Shown piece after piece: positions 19,130 through 28,378 of a stretch of DNA of 64,000 nt. How positions within the stretch are numbered: position 1 is the stretch's first letter; each line of letters begins with the position of its first letter. The notes under the pieces are model-generated. The model did no database searches, was not told the origin of the DNA, and worked only from the letters and a program-made list of their open reading frames with translations. The position numbers and the translations under genes were made by a program. Where the stretch lies: IMG/VR virus record IMGVR_UViG_3300046660_000219, positions 1-64,000 of that record; one strand, given 5' to 3'.

Positions 19130-19474
19130 ATGCAACACGACATCATCGCTATCATTCCGAAAGACGGGTTCACCGGTACGTACGTCGAGCCCGGCTCAAA
19201 AGCTGTTACCTTTAAAGAGGTAGATGAACACATCTGTAGGTTCCCTGTTGGCAGGATGAACCTGTTAAATCCGGAAGAGTCGCTTTGTTGTGGTGCTGGC
19301 GTCGTCAATCCGAAGGCCAAGCGCGGTCACGCTGCGTCCTATTGCTGCGAACATCTACCGCTGGTCGCCGTGAAGAACAAAGAGCCCAAAAAGAGCCGCC
19401 ACGGCACGCGCCAGCACTACCGCGAACAAGCGCCAGTTCTACAGTCCCGGTTCGAGGATTTCCTTGAAGGTTAA
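19130..19474 (+). CDS. GcrA C-terminal-domain-like protein
   Basis: EVDEHICRFPVG...CCG...SYCCEH matches the GcrA CxWPIGDP..FCG..PYCxxH pattern; no N-terminal HTH. Confidence 0.65.
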   Translation: MQHDIIAIIPKDGFTGTYVEPGSKAVTFKEVDEHICRFPVGRMNLLNPEESLCCGAGVVNPKAKRGHAASYCCEHLPLVAVKNKEPKKSRHGTRQHYREQAPVLQSRFEDFLEG

Positions 19475-19509
19475 AGGTACAAAATCACGTGGTCATTCAG
19501 CTAATAAGC

Positions 19510-19538
19510 TTGCGCCCGTGATACGGGATCGCTAGTTT
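19510..19538 (+). promoter_or_regulatory. sigma70-like promoter TTGCGC-N17-TAGTTT
   Basis: 17-bp spacer; same -35 as the 4379-4384 element. Confidence 0.45.
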
Positions 19539-19607
19539 AATCCAGTGAACCACAGAGGGCGGACTAGCTCTCGATTTTGACAATGAACCCACGAAAGGGA
19601 CTACCAC

Positions 19608-20477
19608 ATGAGCAAGGGTAACACCGCTCGCAAGTCGGCTGATGTCATCGACATCAAGACGCATCCGAAGGCCGCCAAGAACACCAAGGCCACCGCTCCG
19701 GCGAAGGCTGAGAAGACCACCAAGCAAGCTAAGCCGGAAAAGGCTAAGGCCGTTGCCGCTACCAAGCCCAGCACGAAGACCCCGGCCGTTGCGCCGAAGG
19801 CTCCCAAGGCTGCTGCCAAGCCCACTAAGGCTGTGGTTCGTACCGCGACGATCGTTGGCAAGGCTACCGACGCCAAGGCCCCGCGTGCGGCTAAGGGTCA
19901 CTTCCTGTTTGCGTTTGGTAAGAGTATCGCGCAACAAGCGCTGATCACCCGCGAAGTTCCGGCCGGTCTGCTGGTTTCGAATAAGGTTCCGGCTGTCGCC
20001 AAGCAACTGCTAACGGAGGGCGGTATCCTTTCGAAGGCTGTCGCTAAAGAAGCTGGCCTGGACTTCGCCGCCGTGGTCGCCAAGGTTTCGGAAAGCCGCA
20101 AGGCTCACGTGATCGCCAAGGCCACGTCGCTGTCGGTTACGCCGTATGCCGACAAGGCTAATCTGATCCTCCCGGTTACCGCTGCGGCCTTGGCTAAGGG
20201 CGTGTCGGCTCCGGGTGCTAAGGCCTCTTCGGCTAAGAACATCCCGGCCGCCGCCGTGAAGGTTCCGGCCAAGGTGTCGATCAAGGAAAAAGCTATCACT
20301 CACGCTAAGAACGTGAAGGCTGAAAAGGGTAAGACTCAAGCTGCTCCTAGCAAGCCGCAAAAGTCTGCTACCAAGGCCACCGCTCCGGCGAAGGCTGAGA
20401 AGACCACCAAGCCGGTGAAGTCCGGTAAGACGAGCGCCAAGGTTGAGGCTTCGGCCAAGCCGAAGCGCACGAAGTAA
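19608..20477 (+). CDS. Second histone H1-like basic protein
   Basis: K/A/P/T-rich tails around a small globular core. Confidence 0.75.
   Translation: MSKGNTARKSADVIDIKTHPKAAKNTKATAPAKAEKTTKQAKPEKAKAVAATKPSTKTPAVAPKAPKAAAKPTKAVVRTATIVGKATDAKAPRAAKGHFLFAFGKSIAQQALITREVPAGLLVSNKVPAVAKQLLTEGGILSKAVAKEAGLDFAAVVAKVSESRKAHVIAKATSLSVTPYADKANLILPVTAAALAKGVSAPGAKASSAKNIPAAAVKVPAKVSIKEKAITHAKNVKAEKGKTQAAPSKPQKSATKATAPAKAEKTTKPVKSGKTSAKVEASAKPKRTK
19683..20412 (+). repeat. 43-bp exact direct repeat (19683-19725 and 20370-20412)
   Basis: ACCAAGGCCACCGCTCCGGCGAAGGCTGAGAAGACCACCAAGC occurs twice. Confidence 0.9.
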
Positions 20478-20499
20478 ACCATTAAGCCGTAAGACGTCT

Positions 20500-20576
20500 A
20501 GCTAGGGGGTTATTCCTTCCCTTAGCTTTTCGCACGCTCGGAAACCCCGGCTCTCGTGATGGAGCCGGGGTTTTTC
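20500..20576 (+). terminator. Tandem intrinsic terminators
   Basis: AGCTAGGGGG..CCCTTAGCTTTT then AAACCCCGGCTC..GAGCCGGGGTTTTT. Confidence 0.8.
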
Positions 20577-20602
20577 TGTGTCTATGGGTCGGGAAATGGA
20601 CC

Positions 20603-21724
20603 ATGCGTAATACCTTTAAAGAGCGCTCTCATACACGTGACGATCGCCACACGGCGCGGCGCAAAGCACGCCAAGACAATCAAGCACGCATCATCGTTGT
20701 TGGCGATCTGCATCTTGATTGGAACCCGCGCTTTTTGCAGCAAGGCGAGCACGACAAGTACACCTTGGACGTTATGCGTCACGCTGTAGCGCGGGCCGTA
20801 TTTCATGACGCTCACGCGATAGTGTTTACTGGGGATGTCTTCGACACGCCACAACCCTCACAAGATGCGCGCGCCGTCTTATCTACCTTTCTTAACGAGG
20901 TAGCACAGAACCACCCCGAACTAACCCTGTGGTTTTACACGGGCAATCACGATACTGAGTCAGCGACAGTCTACAGCCTGCGTTGGTTGAAGCCGCTCTG
21001 CGGAAAAGGTAGAGTGTTGCACAACGTGCGTGTCACAAACCGGCCGCAACGGATCAAAATCAACGGCGCTAACGTCCTGATCTTGCCGTGGTTTGAAGCC
21101 AACGAACAGAACAACGAAAATGTAAAGAAACTGCTTATCGGCGGGCGGCAACTAGTGTTCGCTCACAACGAGGTGCGCGGTGCTCTAATGGATAATGGTT
21201 GGGTTGCCGATGGCCTCGACCTGTCCACTACGCAACACGCCTGGGTCATCGGACACTTGCACACTGCACAAGACCTCCACCAAGGCATGGTTACCTACGT
21301 TGGTACGCCCACCGCCCGTCACATGAACCATAAGACGCGGCGGATGCTGCTAGTGACTTTGACTCATGACGATGGTACAATGACGGCCGTCGAAAAGCAG
21401 GATATTCCTGTACCGCAGCCTTACGAATTAGTGGAAGGCTTACCTCCGAAAAGGTATGAGCCAAACACTTACTATAAGGTTCACCTTGAGCTAGGCGAAC
21501 CCGTTCCAAACAACCCGCAAGTGGTTGCTACCAAGCGGATCGGCGAGACGTCCACCAAGGACAAGAAGAAAGCTCACATAAAGGTACCGGCAACGCTCCT
21601 GCCCAATCCCACCGATTGGTTGGTTTCGCGTTTGGCTCCGGAAAAACAGGAGCGCGGCCGCGCACTGTTGATGCGGGCTATCTCCGAAAGTAAACAGCAG
21701 TCGTTACACGATCAAGACGCATAA
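20603..21724 (+). CDS. Mre11/SbcD (gp47-like) metallophosphoesterase nuclease
   Basis: GDLH, GDVFD, GNHD, AH, GHLH motifs. Confidence 0.85.
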   Translation: MRNTFKERSHTRDDRHTARRKARQDNQARIIVVGDLHLDWNPRFLQQGEHDKYTLDVMRHAVARAVFHDAHAIVFTGDVFDTPQPSQDARAVLSTFLNEVAQNHPELTLWFYTGNHDTESATVYSLRWLKPLCGKGRVLHNVRVTNRPQRIKINGANVLILPWFEANEQNNENVKKLLIGGRQLVFAHNEVRGALMDNGWVADGLDLSTTQHAWVIGHLHTAQDLHQGMVTYVGTPTARHMNHKTRRMLLVTLTHDDGTMTAVEKQDIPVPQPYELVEGLPPKRYEPNTYYKVHLELGEPVPNNPQVVATKRIGETSTKDKKKAHIKVPATLLPNPTDWLVSRLAPEKQERGRALLMRAISESKQQSLHDQDA

Positions 21725-21734
21725 AGGTAGAAGC

Positions 21735-22709
21735 ATGGCGCGCTACAATGGCGATGAGCGCATCACCAAGGAAGGCTCGGCGCAAGTCGAGTTTATCCTT
21801 TCGGAGCTGCGCGACAACGACATTCGGAACGAAGTAAAAGGCGAGCACGTTTGGGTGTCGTGCCCATTCCACGGTAATGGTACGGAAACAACCGCGTCAC
21901 GTCGCATCAATCTCAGTGATCCGCGCTATCCAACTGGCGAGTCTTTCTGTTTCGCGTGCTCGGAAGGCAAGGTCAAATCGTGGAATGCTCTTGCCGCCGC
22001 GCGAGGCCTCGCGCCTATGGACAACGGCGGCGGGGAGCGCAACGAAAACTGGCTCCGCATCCCTAGTGAAGCCGAGTTTTACGGTACGCGTTCGGCCGGA
22101 GAGGTTCTGCGCCTCTACAAGCGTCCCAAAGGCTCCTGGCGCAACATCGGGGCGCGTATGATGGAGCGTATGGAGACCCGTCTTATCCAGTCCAAGGACG
22201 GGACACGGGTTTATTTCCCAGTAAAGGTAGGTGGCATTGTAGTAGGCCACTGCGATGCCTGCCCAACTGGGGAGAGCAAGGACAAGTACCTGCTATCAGG
22301 ACCGTGGTCCAACAGCGTCATGTACCCTTACGATTACGTGTCGTTGATGTTGCGCAGCGGTAGTTATCGATACGTGGTCATTGTAGAGGGTTTGAGGGAC
22401 GCTCTTACCCTTATTCAGCGTGGCGTGCCAGCTCTGTGTATGTGGGGTACAGGTGCGTGGACGCGAGAGAAAACCAAAGCTATACGCGCTCTTGGTGCTA
22501 TGGTTGTCATCGCCACGGATGACGACGCGGCCGGGGACGGTGCACGTCGCAAGCTACGGGAAGTATTGACGGATCTTGATCCGGTTGATTTAGAGTTCCA
22601 CAACGGCGGCGACCCTGGTAAACTCAAGCGACACGAAGTGGACAAGATCAAGACTATGCTTGAGCGCACAGCGCGTACGCGTGGGTTCGTTAACCGTAGA
22701 GCCGCCTAA
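21735..22709 (+). CDS. DnaG-type DNA primase
   Basis: CPFH...CFAC Zn finger; TOPRIM VEGLRD and DDDAAG. Confidence 0.85.
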   Translation: MARYNGDERITKEGSAQVEFILSELRDNDIRNEVKGEHVWVSCPFHGNGTETTASRRINLSDPRYPTGESFCFACSEGKVKSWNALAAARGLAPMDNGGGERNENWLRIPSEAEFYGTRSAGEVLRLYKRPKGSWRNIGARMMERMETRLIQSKDGTRVYFPVKVGGIVVGHCDACPTGESKDKYLLSGPWSNSVMYPYDYVSLMLRSGSYRYVVIVEGLRDALTLIQRGVPALCMWGTGAWTREKTKAIRALGAMVVIATDDDAAGDGARRKLREVLTDLDPVDLEFHNGGDPGKLKRHEVDKIKTMLERTARTRGFVNRRAA

Positions 22710-22805
22710 TTTAGTTAGGAAGCGTTGCTTTATAAACAGTAACGTAATTGTTCTAGCTATGTGAACCGCAGACGTTGGTTCGCCCGTCTTCAGGAGTATC
22801 TATCA

Positions 22806-25800
22806 ATGGCCGACGTCGTCACAACTAAGAACTATAATTTGTCCGCTAAGTTCGACGAATTCAATGCTAAATACTTTGACGGTCGCTTGGACAAGATCCG
22901 CGTTGAGTGGGCCGATCTACCCGGTGCGCACGCGCTGTTCCAAGCTTACACTTACGGTAAGACGGGTGGCTATGTCGCCAGCAAAGCCAAGATCCTGATG
23001 GATAACCGTTATGAGCGGACGGAGCGTCTGCTTGACGGTAATCTTATTCACGAAATGGTACACCAATGGGTGGCTCAGGTATTGCGCAATCCGCAAGCAG
23101 AAAACGGTGGCCACAACGATCAATTCTACGCCAAGTGCGAAGAGATTCAGAAGCGCGCCGGGTTCAACATTCCGATCAACGAAGAGGATGCTAGCGACAC
23201 TCTAGGCGCGTCGGAAATCGAGCCCGTGTCTATGGTTCTTCTAGACTCGATCGGCGGTAATGCAGATCGGATTTACTTTGCTGTGATCGCCAATCGTGAG
23301 GCCGACGAGCTACAAAGTGATGGTCGGGATGTTGCGGATAGCACTCTTAAGAGTATGCTCCAACGCCTAAAGCGTACGGATGCTTCTGCCGTGATCGCTA
23401 CCATTCGTGATCCCGATATTGCGCTGTGGTGGCTAGAGGCGTCGCAGCGCGTGCGTGTGTATGACGGTCTGCACGAACTACAGACCAATAGCTTCTATTC
23501 GAGTTCAGAGCTAAGCGATAAACTGCGCGGATTTATGGCGGGTGGCCCTGGTGCTACTATTATAGCGCAGACTCTGTCCTCTACTCCAAATCAAATAACC
23601 CCTGTTGCTCCTGCGCCGGAAATCGATGCGCCAGCGCCTAGTGTTGGGGAGGCTGCGCCCAAGCGCGATCTGATGACGCCGTTCCCCAACCTACCTAGTG
23701 CTGAACAACCCAATAGCAGCAACGCACAGCGTTTCCTTTACCGTAATGTCTTTGGTCAAGGCTCTGGTGTTGAATATCCTTACGTACTGGCGGGTGTTAC
23801 ATCCGAAGGCTTACCCACCCTTCAGGCCACAGATGATCTTACGGAACTGGCGGAGACTGGTTCCGACTATTTCGTCAACATCACGGTGTTAGCTAAAGGT
23901 AGTGAATTAAAAGCTAATCGCGGTGCAGACTTCGCTCGTGCGTTGTCGCGTATTACTGTTACATCTGTGGCGCAGGGCAAGAGCCACAACTACTCCGGCC
24001 AAGACATCCGTACGTGTACGCAGTTGGCTATGGAAAACGGCTTGTTCGCGCAAGATCGCCTGACATCTATGTTGTCGTGGCTTAACGGTATGAACCCGGC
24101 TGTGTCGATCGACGTCTCCAAGTTGACAGCATCTAATATTATTCCGTGGTTCCGTGAGGCTGTTTATGATGCGACTAGCGGTGACCAAAAATTCACGGCG
24201 TTCGTCGCTTTGGCTTGTGGTCTAGGCTCCGCAGACGGCTCGTTGTATCTTGCGGATCGCGTGCTTATGATGCGGCCGGATTATCGGCCCGGTATGGCCA
24301 TGAACGCTATCCCGTTGCTGTCGTATCTGGTCGAAGTGTTCCCAGAGAAATTCTATACCAATATCGCTACCTCAGATTGGTCTGACGACGATTTTGATCG
24401 TGTGTTTTCCAACAAGGGTTTGCTGAAGAAATACAAGGCGCAAGGCGGGGACGCTGGTGTTGTAGAGGCACCACCTAAACCGGAAAAGGAAACAAGCCCG
24501 GTTGATGCACCGGTACCGGAAACTATCCTTTTGCACACCAATCCCGATGGCGATCCGTACGATCGATATTCTATCGTCGTGCTGGACAAGATTGAGAATG
24601 GTAAAGGCTTCATCAAGCAAGTTCAGGCGCAAGATGCAGCGGAATTAGAGCAATACCGCGAAGCAATGATTTTCGATCGTAACGATCCTAAATACCAAGT
24701 GCGATCGTTCGACATCAGTGTCTTACTACTGGAATTGGACGCCGTTCTCCGACGCTTCGACGTACGTATCACGAAAGAGATGTTGCTTACCTTTGTTGAT
24801 AGTGCGCTGGATCGTGACGATTTCGAGTTAGTCGATAGCACGCGTGTCAAGACGCTGGAACAATGGTTCTACCAATGGTTCGGCGAAACCTTCAAGTTCG
24901 ACACAGCCCTTCCTTACACCAAGGCTCTGTTGCAGCTCGCGGGCGCTATCACCAACGCCAAGCGTGATGACCCGGAGTTCAATCGCTACGTCTTGAAAGA
25001 GATGCGCATTGGCGACGGTAAGGACTCTCGCGTACACAACGCTGGACTCATGGCCCAGTTGATGTGGAATGGTAGATTCGGCTCCTCGACTGACTCGCTT
25101 GGTCTGTGGTTGTTGCGTTTGCTGCCTCCCGTTAGTACGGAGCTGATGGACGCCGGCCTCATCAACTATGAGGCTATTAGCTACACTTTCTCGCAGACGT
25201 CTGTTGCTACGTTGCGGGAACGTTGGTTGGAACTGCAAAAGCCTCCGACGCCATCGGTAATTGAGTACACGCAAGACGACGTCACGGAAAAGGGCTACAA
25301 GCCTACGCCGCGCATCTTTGACGAACGTCCGGATGCTGAAGACCTTCGTAAGGTGCAAGCGGATTACAGTATCAGTAAGGACGATTACACAGTGTTTTTG
25401 ATGCACGGTGGTCGTTGGCAAGTGTTCCTCAATCCTGGCGTTACTAGCCCTGTCCTTGAACCGGAGTCTACGGTGCGAGCACCCAAAGTCACTGCGCCCA
25501 CGGGTGCGCGATCTAATCTACAAATGGTACCGGATCCGGAAACCAAACGCCTCGTGCTTCGGGTGGAACCGGGCGACGAGCCGGAAGGTAAAAACCGTAT
25601 GGGTCAGGTTGGTAAACGTGAGGCTCGTCCGATCGCGGCGCTTCTTAACGTGGTTATGGCTAATGACCTCGACGCCGTCCTAGATTTGATCAAGGATGGG
25701 CGACGGAAAGAAGCGGCGCAGAAGGCGGCTCATATATCCGCACGCATGTTGCCGTACTTCAAAAGAACGGTAGAAGAGAAGCAACCGTTCGCGGGACTTC

Positions 25801-25967
25801 AACCGTGGATCGACGCCAACTTCGGCGAGGGTCTGCAAGGCCAGAAAGCGGCCATGTACGCCCTAGAGGGTCAACGGGCTAAGTTGACCACCAAACAGCG
25901 CCAGTACTTGACCCAAGAGAAGAACAAGCGAGAGATCTTCGGCCTGCTGGGCATCAAGTGGAAATAG
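22806..25967 (+). CDS. Large protein with N-terminal SprT-like metalloprotease domain
   Basis: FDEFNAKYFDGRL...HEMVH...GHNDQF; CAGGAG RBS before 22806. Confidence 0.8.
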   Translation: MADVVTTKNYNLSAKFDEFNAKYFDGRLDKIRVEWADLPGAHALFQAYTYGKTGGYVASKAKILMDNRYERTERLLDGNLIHEMVHQWVAQVLRNPQAENGGHNDQFYAKCEEIQKRAGFNIPINEEDASDTLGASEIEPVSMVLLDSIGGNADRIYFAVIANREADELQSDGRDVADSTLKSMLQRLKRTDASAVIATIRDPDIALWWLEASQRVRVYDGLHELQTNSFYSSSELSDKLRGFMAGGPGATIIAQTLSSTPNQITPVAPAPEIDAPAPSVGEAAPKRDLMTPFPNLPSAEQPNSSNAQRFLYRNVFGQGSGVEYPYVLAGVTSEGLPTLQATDDLTELAETGSDYFVNITVLAKGSELKANRGADFARALSRITVTSVAQGKSHNYSGQDIRTCTQLAMENGLFAQDRLTSMLSWLNGMNPAVSIDVSKLTASNIIPWFREAVYDATSGDQKFTAFVALACGLGSADGSLYLADRVLMMRPDYRPGMAMNAIPLLSYLVEVFPEKFYTNIATSDWSDDDFDRVFSNKGLLKKYKAQGGDAGVVEAPPKPEKETSPVDAPVPETILLHTNPDGDPYDRYSIVVLDKIENGKGFIKQVQAQDAAELEQYREAMIFDRNDPKYQVRSFDISVLLLELDAVLRRFDVRITKEMLLTFVDSALDRDDFELVDSTRVKTLEQWFYQWFGETFKFDTALPYTKALLQLAGAITNAKRDDPEFNRYVLKEMRIGDGKDSRVHNAGLMAQLMWNGRFGSSTDSLGLWLLRLLPPVSTELMDAGLINYEAISYTFSQTSVATLRERWLELQKPPTPSVIEYTQDDVTEKGYKPTPRIFDERPDAEDLRKVQADYSISKDDYTVFLMHGGRWQVFLNPGVTSPVLEPESTVRAPKVTAPTGARSNLQMVPDPETKRLVLRVEPGDEPEGKNRMGQVGKREARPIAALLNVVMANDLDAVLDLIKDGRRKEAAQKAAHISARMLPYFKRTVEEKQPFAGLQPWIDANFGEGLQGQKAAMYALEGQRAKLTTKQRQYLTQEKNKREIFGLLGIKWK

Positions 25968-25986
25968 ACAACACAGGGGGCGTAAC

Positions 25987-26205
25987 GTGTATGACGGAGA
26001 AACTGTAACCAGTACCCAAGAGCGTTGCGTAAGATCCTACGAGAAGACGGGCTTTCTCCGGTTGGTCGCGGCGGACTTAGAGCTGCCGTGGCAACTGGTA
26101 TATGTCCACCTTCGTGAGGCTGGTGTTAATGGTATTGCGTTCGACAACGACTTCACCCGTTGCGCCGCGCAGACCTATCGCACCGATCCACCGGACGATG
26201 ACTAA
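25987..26205 (+). CDS. Small HTH-like protein
   Basis: LRLVAADLELPWQLVYVHLREAGV. Confidence 0.5.
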   Translation: MYDGETVTSTQERCVRSYEKTGFLRLVAADLELPWQLVYVHLREAGVNGIAFDNDFTRCAAQTYRTDPPDDD

Positions 26206-26244
26206 AAGAAAGGGGATGGCACTGTAAACGCCATCCCCTTTCTT
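26206..26244. terminator. Bidirectional-type terminator hairpin
   Basis: AAGAAAGGGGATGGC / GCCATCCCCTTTCTT 15-bp stem. Confidence 0.8.
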
Positions 26245-26308
26245 CCGTTTGACGTGGTACAGTATTGTTAGTTTAGCTGAGACAATAACTCTTAGCTTAG
26301 GTGCTAAC

Positions 26309-26581
26309 ATGCAAGTCATCGCTACCATTCCCGAATTTTCTATCGCTGCTTTGGCTACCGCTTTAGACGAAGTGCCGCGCAGCGCTCACGCCTATATCCA
26401 AATGAACATGGCCGCTGAAACCTATGCTCGTATGGAACGTGATCCAAAATTCACTGACGTGTTCGATCCTATCTGCGCTGTTTCCGAAATCAATAAAGGT
26501 AACATGGGCTACCTATACGGTATGCTCGTGGTGCGTGTCGAGGGTCAAAATGTTGAGGCCCAGTTAATCACAAAACAATAG
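26309..26581 (+). CDS. Small protein resembling an isolated HK97-capsid A-domain segment
   Basis: MNMAAETYARMERDPKFTDVFDP...EINKGNMGYLYGMLVV. Confidence 0.55.
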   Translation: MQVIATIPEFSIAALATALDEVPRSAHAYIQMNMAAETYARMERDPKFTDVFDPICAVSEINKGNMGYLYGMLVVRVEGQNVEAQLITKQ

Positions 26582-26603
26582 TACTAAACCTGGGGAGGCC
26601 ACT

Positions 26604-27020
26604 GTGTTTGCTTTTTTCAAAGCGCGCCGATTAGCAACGCTTAAGTACTTCACCTTGCAGGATTACGAGAACGCATTTTACGAAGCCATGTTGCATATGG
26701 ATGGTACACAGCTAACGCCCTTCAACATGTACCTCGTGACCAACGACGACGGCCTTCTTACCCTCTCTAATCCGAGTATCTTCGGGTGGCTAAGCGCGAC
26801 TAGTCTAGGCGATGTAATGGCCGGCGAAGAAGGCAGCTTCTGCGGTTACCCCATTCGTTATGGTACCATTATGGATGGCGAGGGCGCTATCATGTTACGA
26901 TCTACCTTTTCACTATGGTGGCGTGGCATAGTGCAGGACTGGAAAGACGGTGTGTTCCCATTGTCAAGGTTGTTCCAGCGCCGCTATACAGCGCAGCTTG
27001 CGGAACCGCCCGCGAACTGA
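26604..27020 (+). CDS. Small protein resembling an isolated HK97-capsid A-domain segment
   Basis: MYLVTNDDGLLTLSNPSIF...DVMAGEEGSFCGYPIR; GGAGG RBS. Confidence 0.45.
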   Translation: MFAFFKARRLATLKYFTLQDYENAFYEAMLHMDGTQLTPFNMYLVTNDDGLLTLSNPSIFGWLSATSLGDVMAGEEGSFCGYPIRYGTIMDGEGAIMLRSTFSLWWRGIVQDWKDGVFPLSRLFQRRYTAQLAEPPAN

Positions 27021-27051
27021 TAGACTGACGGATCAATTTTCGGGGTCTACC

Positions 27052-27405
27052 ATGCCGCTGCAACGCTGCTTAAATGATAATACCTTGGGCTTCGACACAG
27101 CTAAGGGCTGCCCTACAAAAGGCTGCTACAGAAATGATAACGGACGCTGTGTCACGGTGACGCCGCCGTTGTCCACCAAACAGTTAACTGCGATAGCCGA
27201 CGTTGCTACCGAAATCACCACGGCTATCGACATTACACGGGACTGTACACCTACTATTACGGTTAACGCCCGCACTCAGCGGTTCTTCAACGCTAAGCGA
27301 CGTTTCTTTACCGAAGCCGATATAACCGCCGGGCAGGTAGAGTCTGCTCTGACACAAGGGATAGACTGGATAAGCATGGTGCACAGCTCTAAAGTTACTC
27401 TGTAA
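27052..27405 (+). CDS. Hypothetical protein, Cys-rich N-terminus
   Basis: ORF track; start moved to MPLQRC. Confidence 0.55.
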   Translation: MPLQRCLNDNTLGFDTAKGCPTKGCYRNDNGRCVTVTPPLSTKQLTAIADVATEITTAIDITRDCTPTITVNARTQRFFNAKRRFFTEADITAGQVESALTQGIDWISMVHSSKVTL

Positions 27406-27474
27406 TTGTGTACCACAACGTTAGTTTACTTGCGAACATAACCCCCTCGTTCTTTCGCTTTAGGAGCGACAACA

Positions 27475-28107
27475 ATGCAAGTGACTAACCCTATTCGCGG
27501 CAGCGCGAGCATGCAGACTTTTGCTGCTGAGCAAAAGCTTATCCAGGCTATCCGTGAATCCGAACATCCGGAACTCTTTGTAATCAACAATTCGGACCTG
27601 CCGGATCATCATAACCGGCCTACGGATCAGCAAGGCACTATCCTTATGCGGTGTTCGCAAAAAGGTATCAATGGCGATCACCGTATTCGTATACCGTCGT
27701 CGTTTGTGCCAATCCAACTTACCACACAGAGCCCGTGCACTAAGGACGATCTTCTAGCGTCGGCCGATCTGGCGCGCCTGCGCCAGACTAAGCGTATCAA
27801 GCTGATTAGCTATGAAGACGCTATGGACATCATCGATAAGGATGGTGAGTCCCGAGCTGAATACGATCGCGTCATGGCTATTGCTATGCGCATCGGTGAT
27901 TATACCGGTGCTGATACACAAGGTAACATTGGTGAGCCTACGGAGATTTCGCAAATCAACGGCCACCTGGAAACGGTTGTCGATGGCTATAAGAGCGGGG
28001 CTATGAGCCTGCCTCGCCTACGTGCCGAGGTGCGTCGCATGGAGCGTACGCTTAACCTTGAAGATATGGCTTACCTTAACCGGGAAGTTCCCGATTGGAA
28101 CAACTAA
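27475..28107 (+). CDS. Hypothetical protein, putative virion component
   Basis: AGGAG RBS; IPSSFVPIQLT pattern recalled from jumbo myovirus structural ORFs. Confidence 0.6.
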   Translation: MQVTNPIRGSASMQTFAAEQKLIQAIRESEHPELFVINNSDLPDHHNRPTDQQGTILMRCSQKGINGDHRIRIPSSFVPIQLTTQSPCTKDDLLASADLARLRQTKRIKLISYEDAMDIIDKDGESRAEYDRVMAIAMRIGDYTGADTQGNIGEPTEISQINGHLETVVDGYKSGAMSLPRLRAEVRRMERTLNLEDMAYLNREVPDWNN

Positions 28108-28116
28108 TTTAGTAGC

Positions 28117-28338
28117 GTGAGATACCTTAACGAGACCGTCCCTCTCGGTTTAAGGTAGTCGCTATCTTCGGATAGCGATTGGTTGATCGGTGGCTCAACC
28201 TCTCACCTTTTAGAGCGGCCAGTAAAGGCCGCTCGGACGACGCGTGAGTATGCAGCAGTAGGTCCACTTGCTTTCCCCTCAGCAGGTTCGGTATAACTGG
28301 TCTGGCGCTCGTGTAGCGCTTATACTCACGCGTCGTCT
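28117..28338 (+). ncRNA. Candidate structured non-coding RNA (four-way junction, hairpin, long-stem multibranch domain)
   Basis: Up to nine nested stems including a cUUCGg hairpin and a perfect 16-bp helix; no credible ORF; CTAATTTA upstream, terminator downstream. Confidence 0.75.
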
Positions 28339-28378
28339 TACAGTTAGTGTTCTAGTCTCCTGTGAAGTCCCTCACCTC

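Noticed and set aside
28117-28338. tRNA, SRP RNA or hammerhead call for the structured RNA
   Set aside because: Cloverleaf-like but no T-arm, anticodon arm or CCA; GGTTCG at 28285 lacks a pairing T-stem; SRP and CUGANGA/GAAA motifs not found in order
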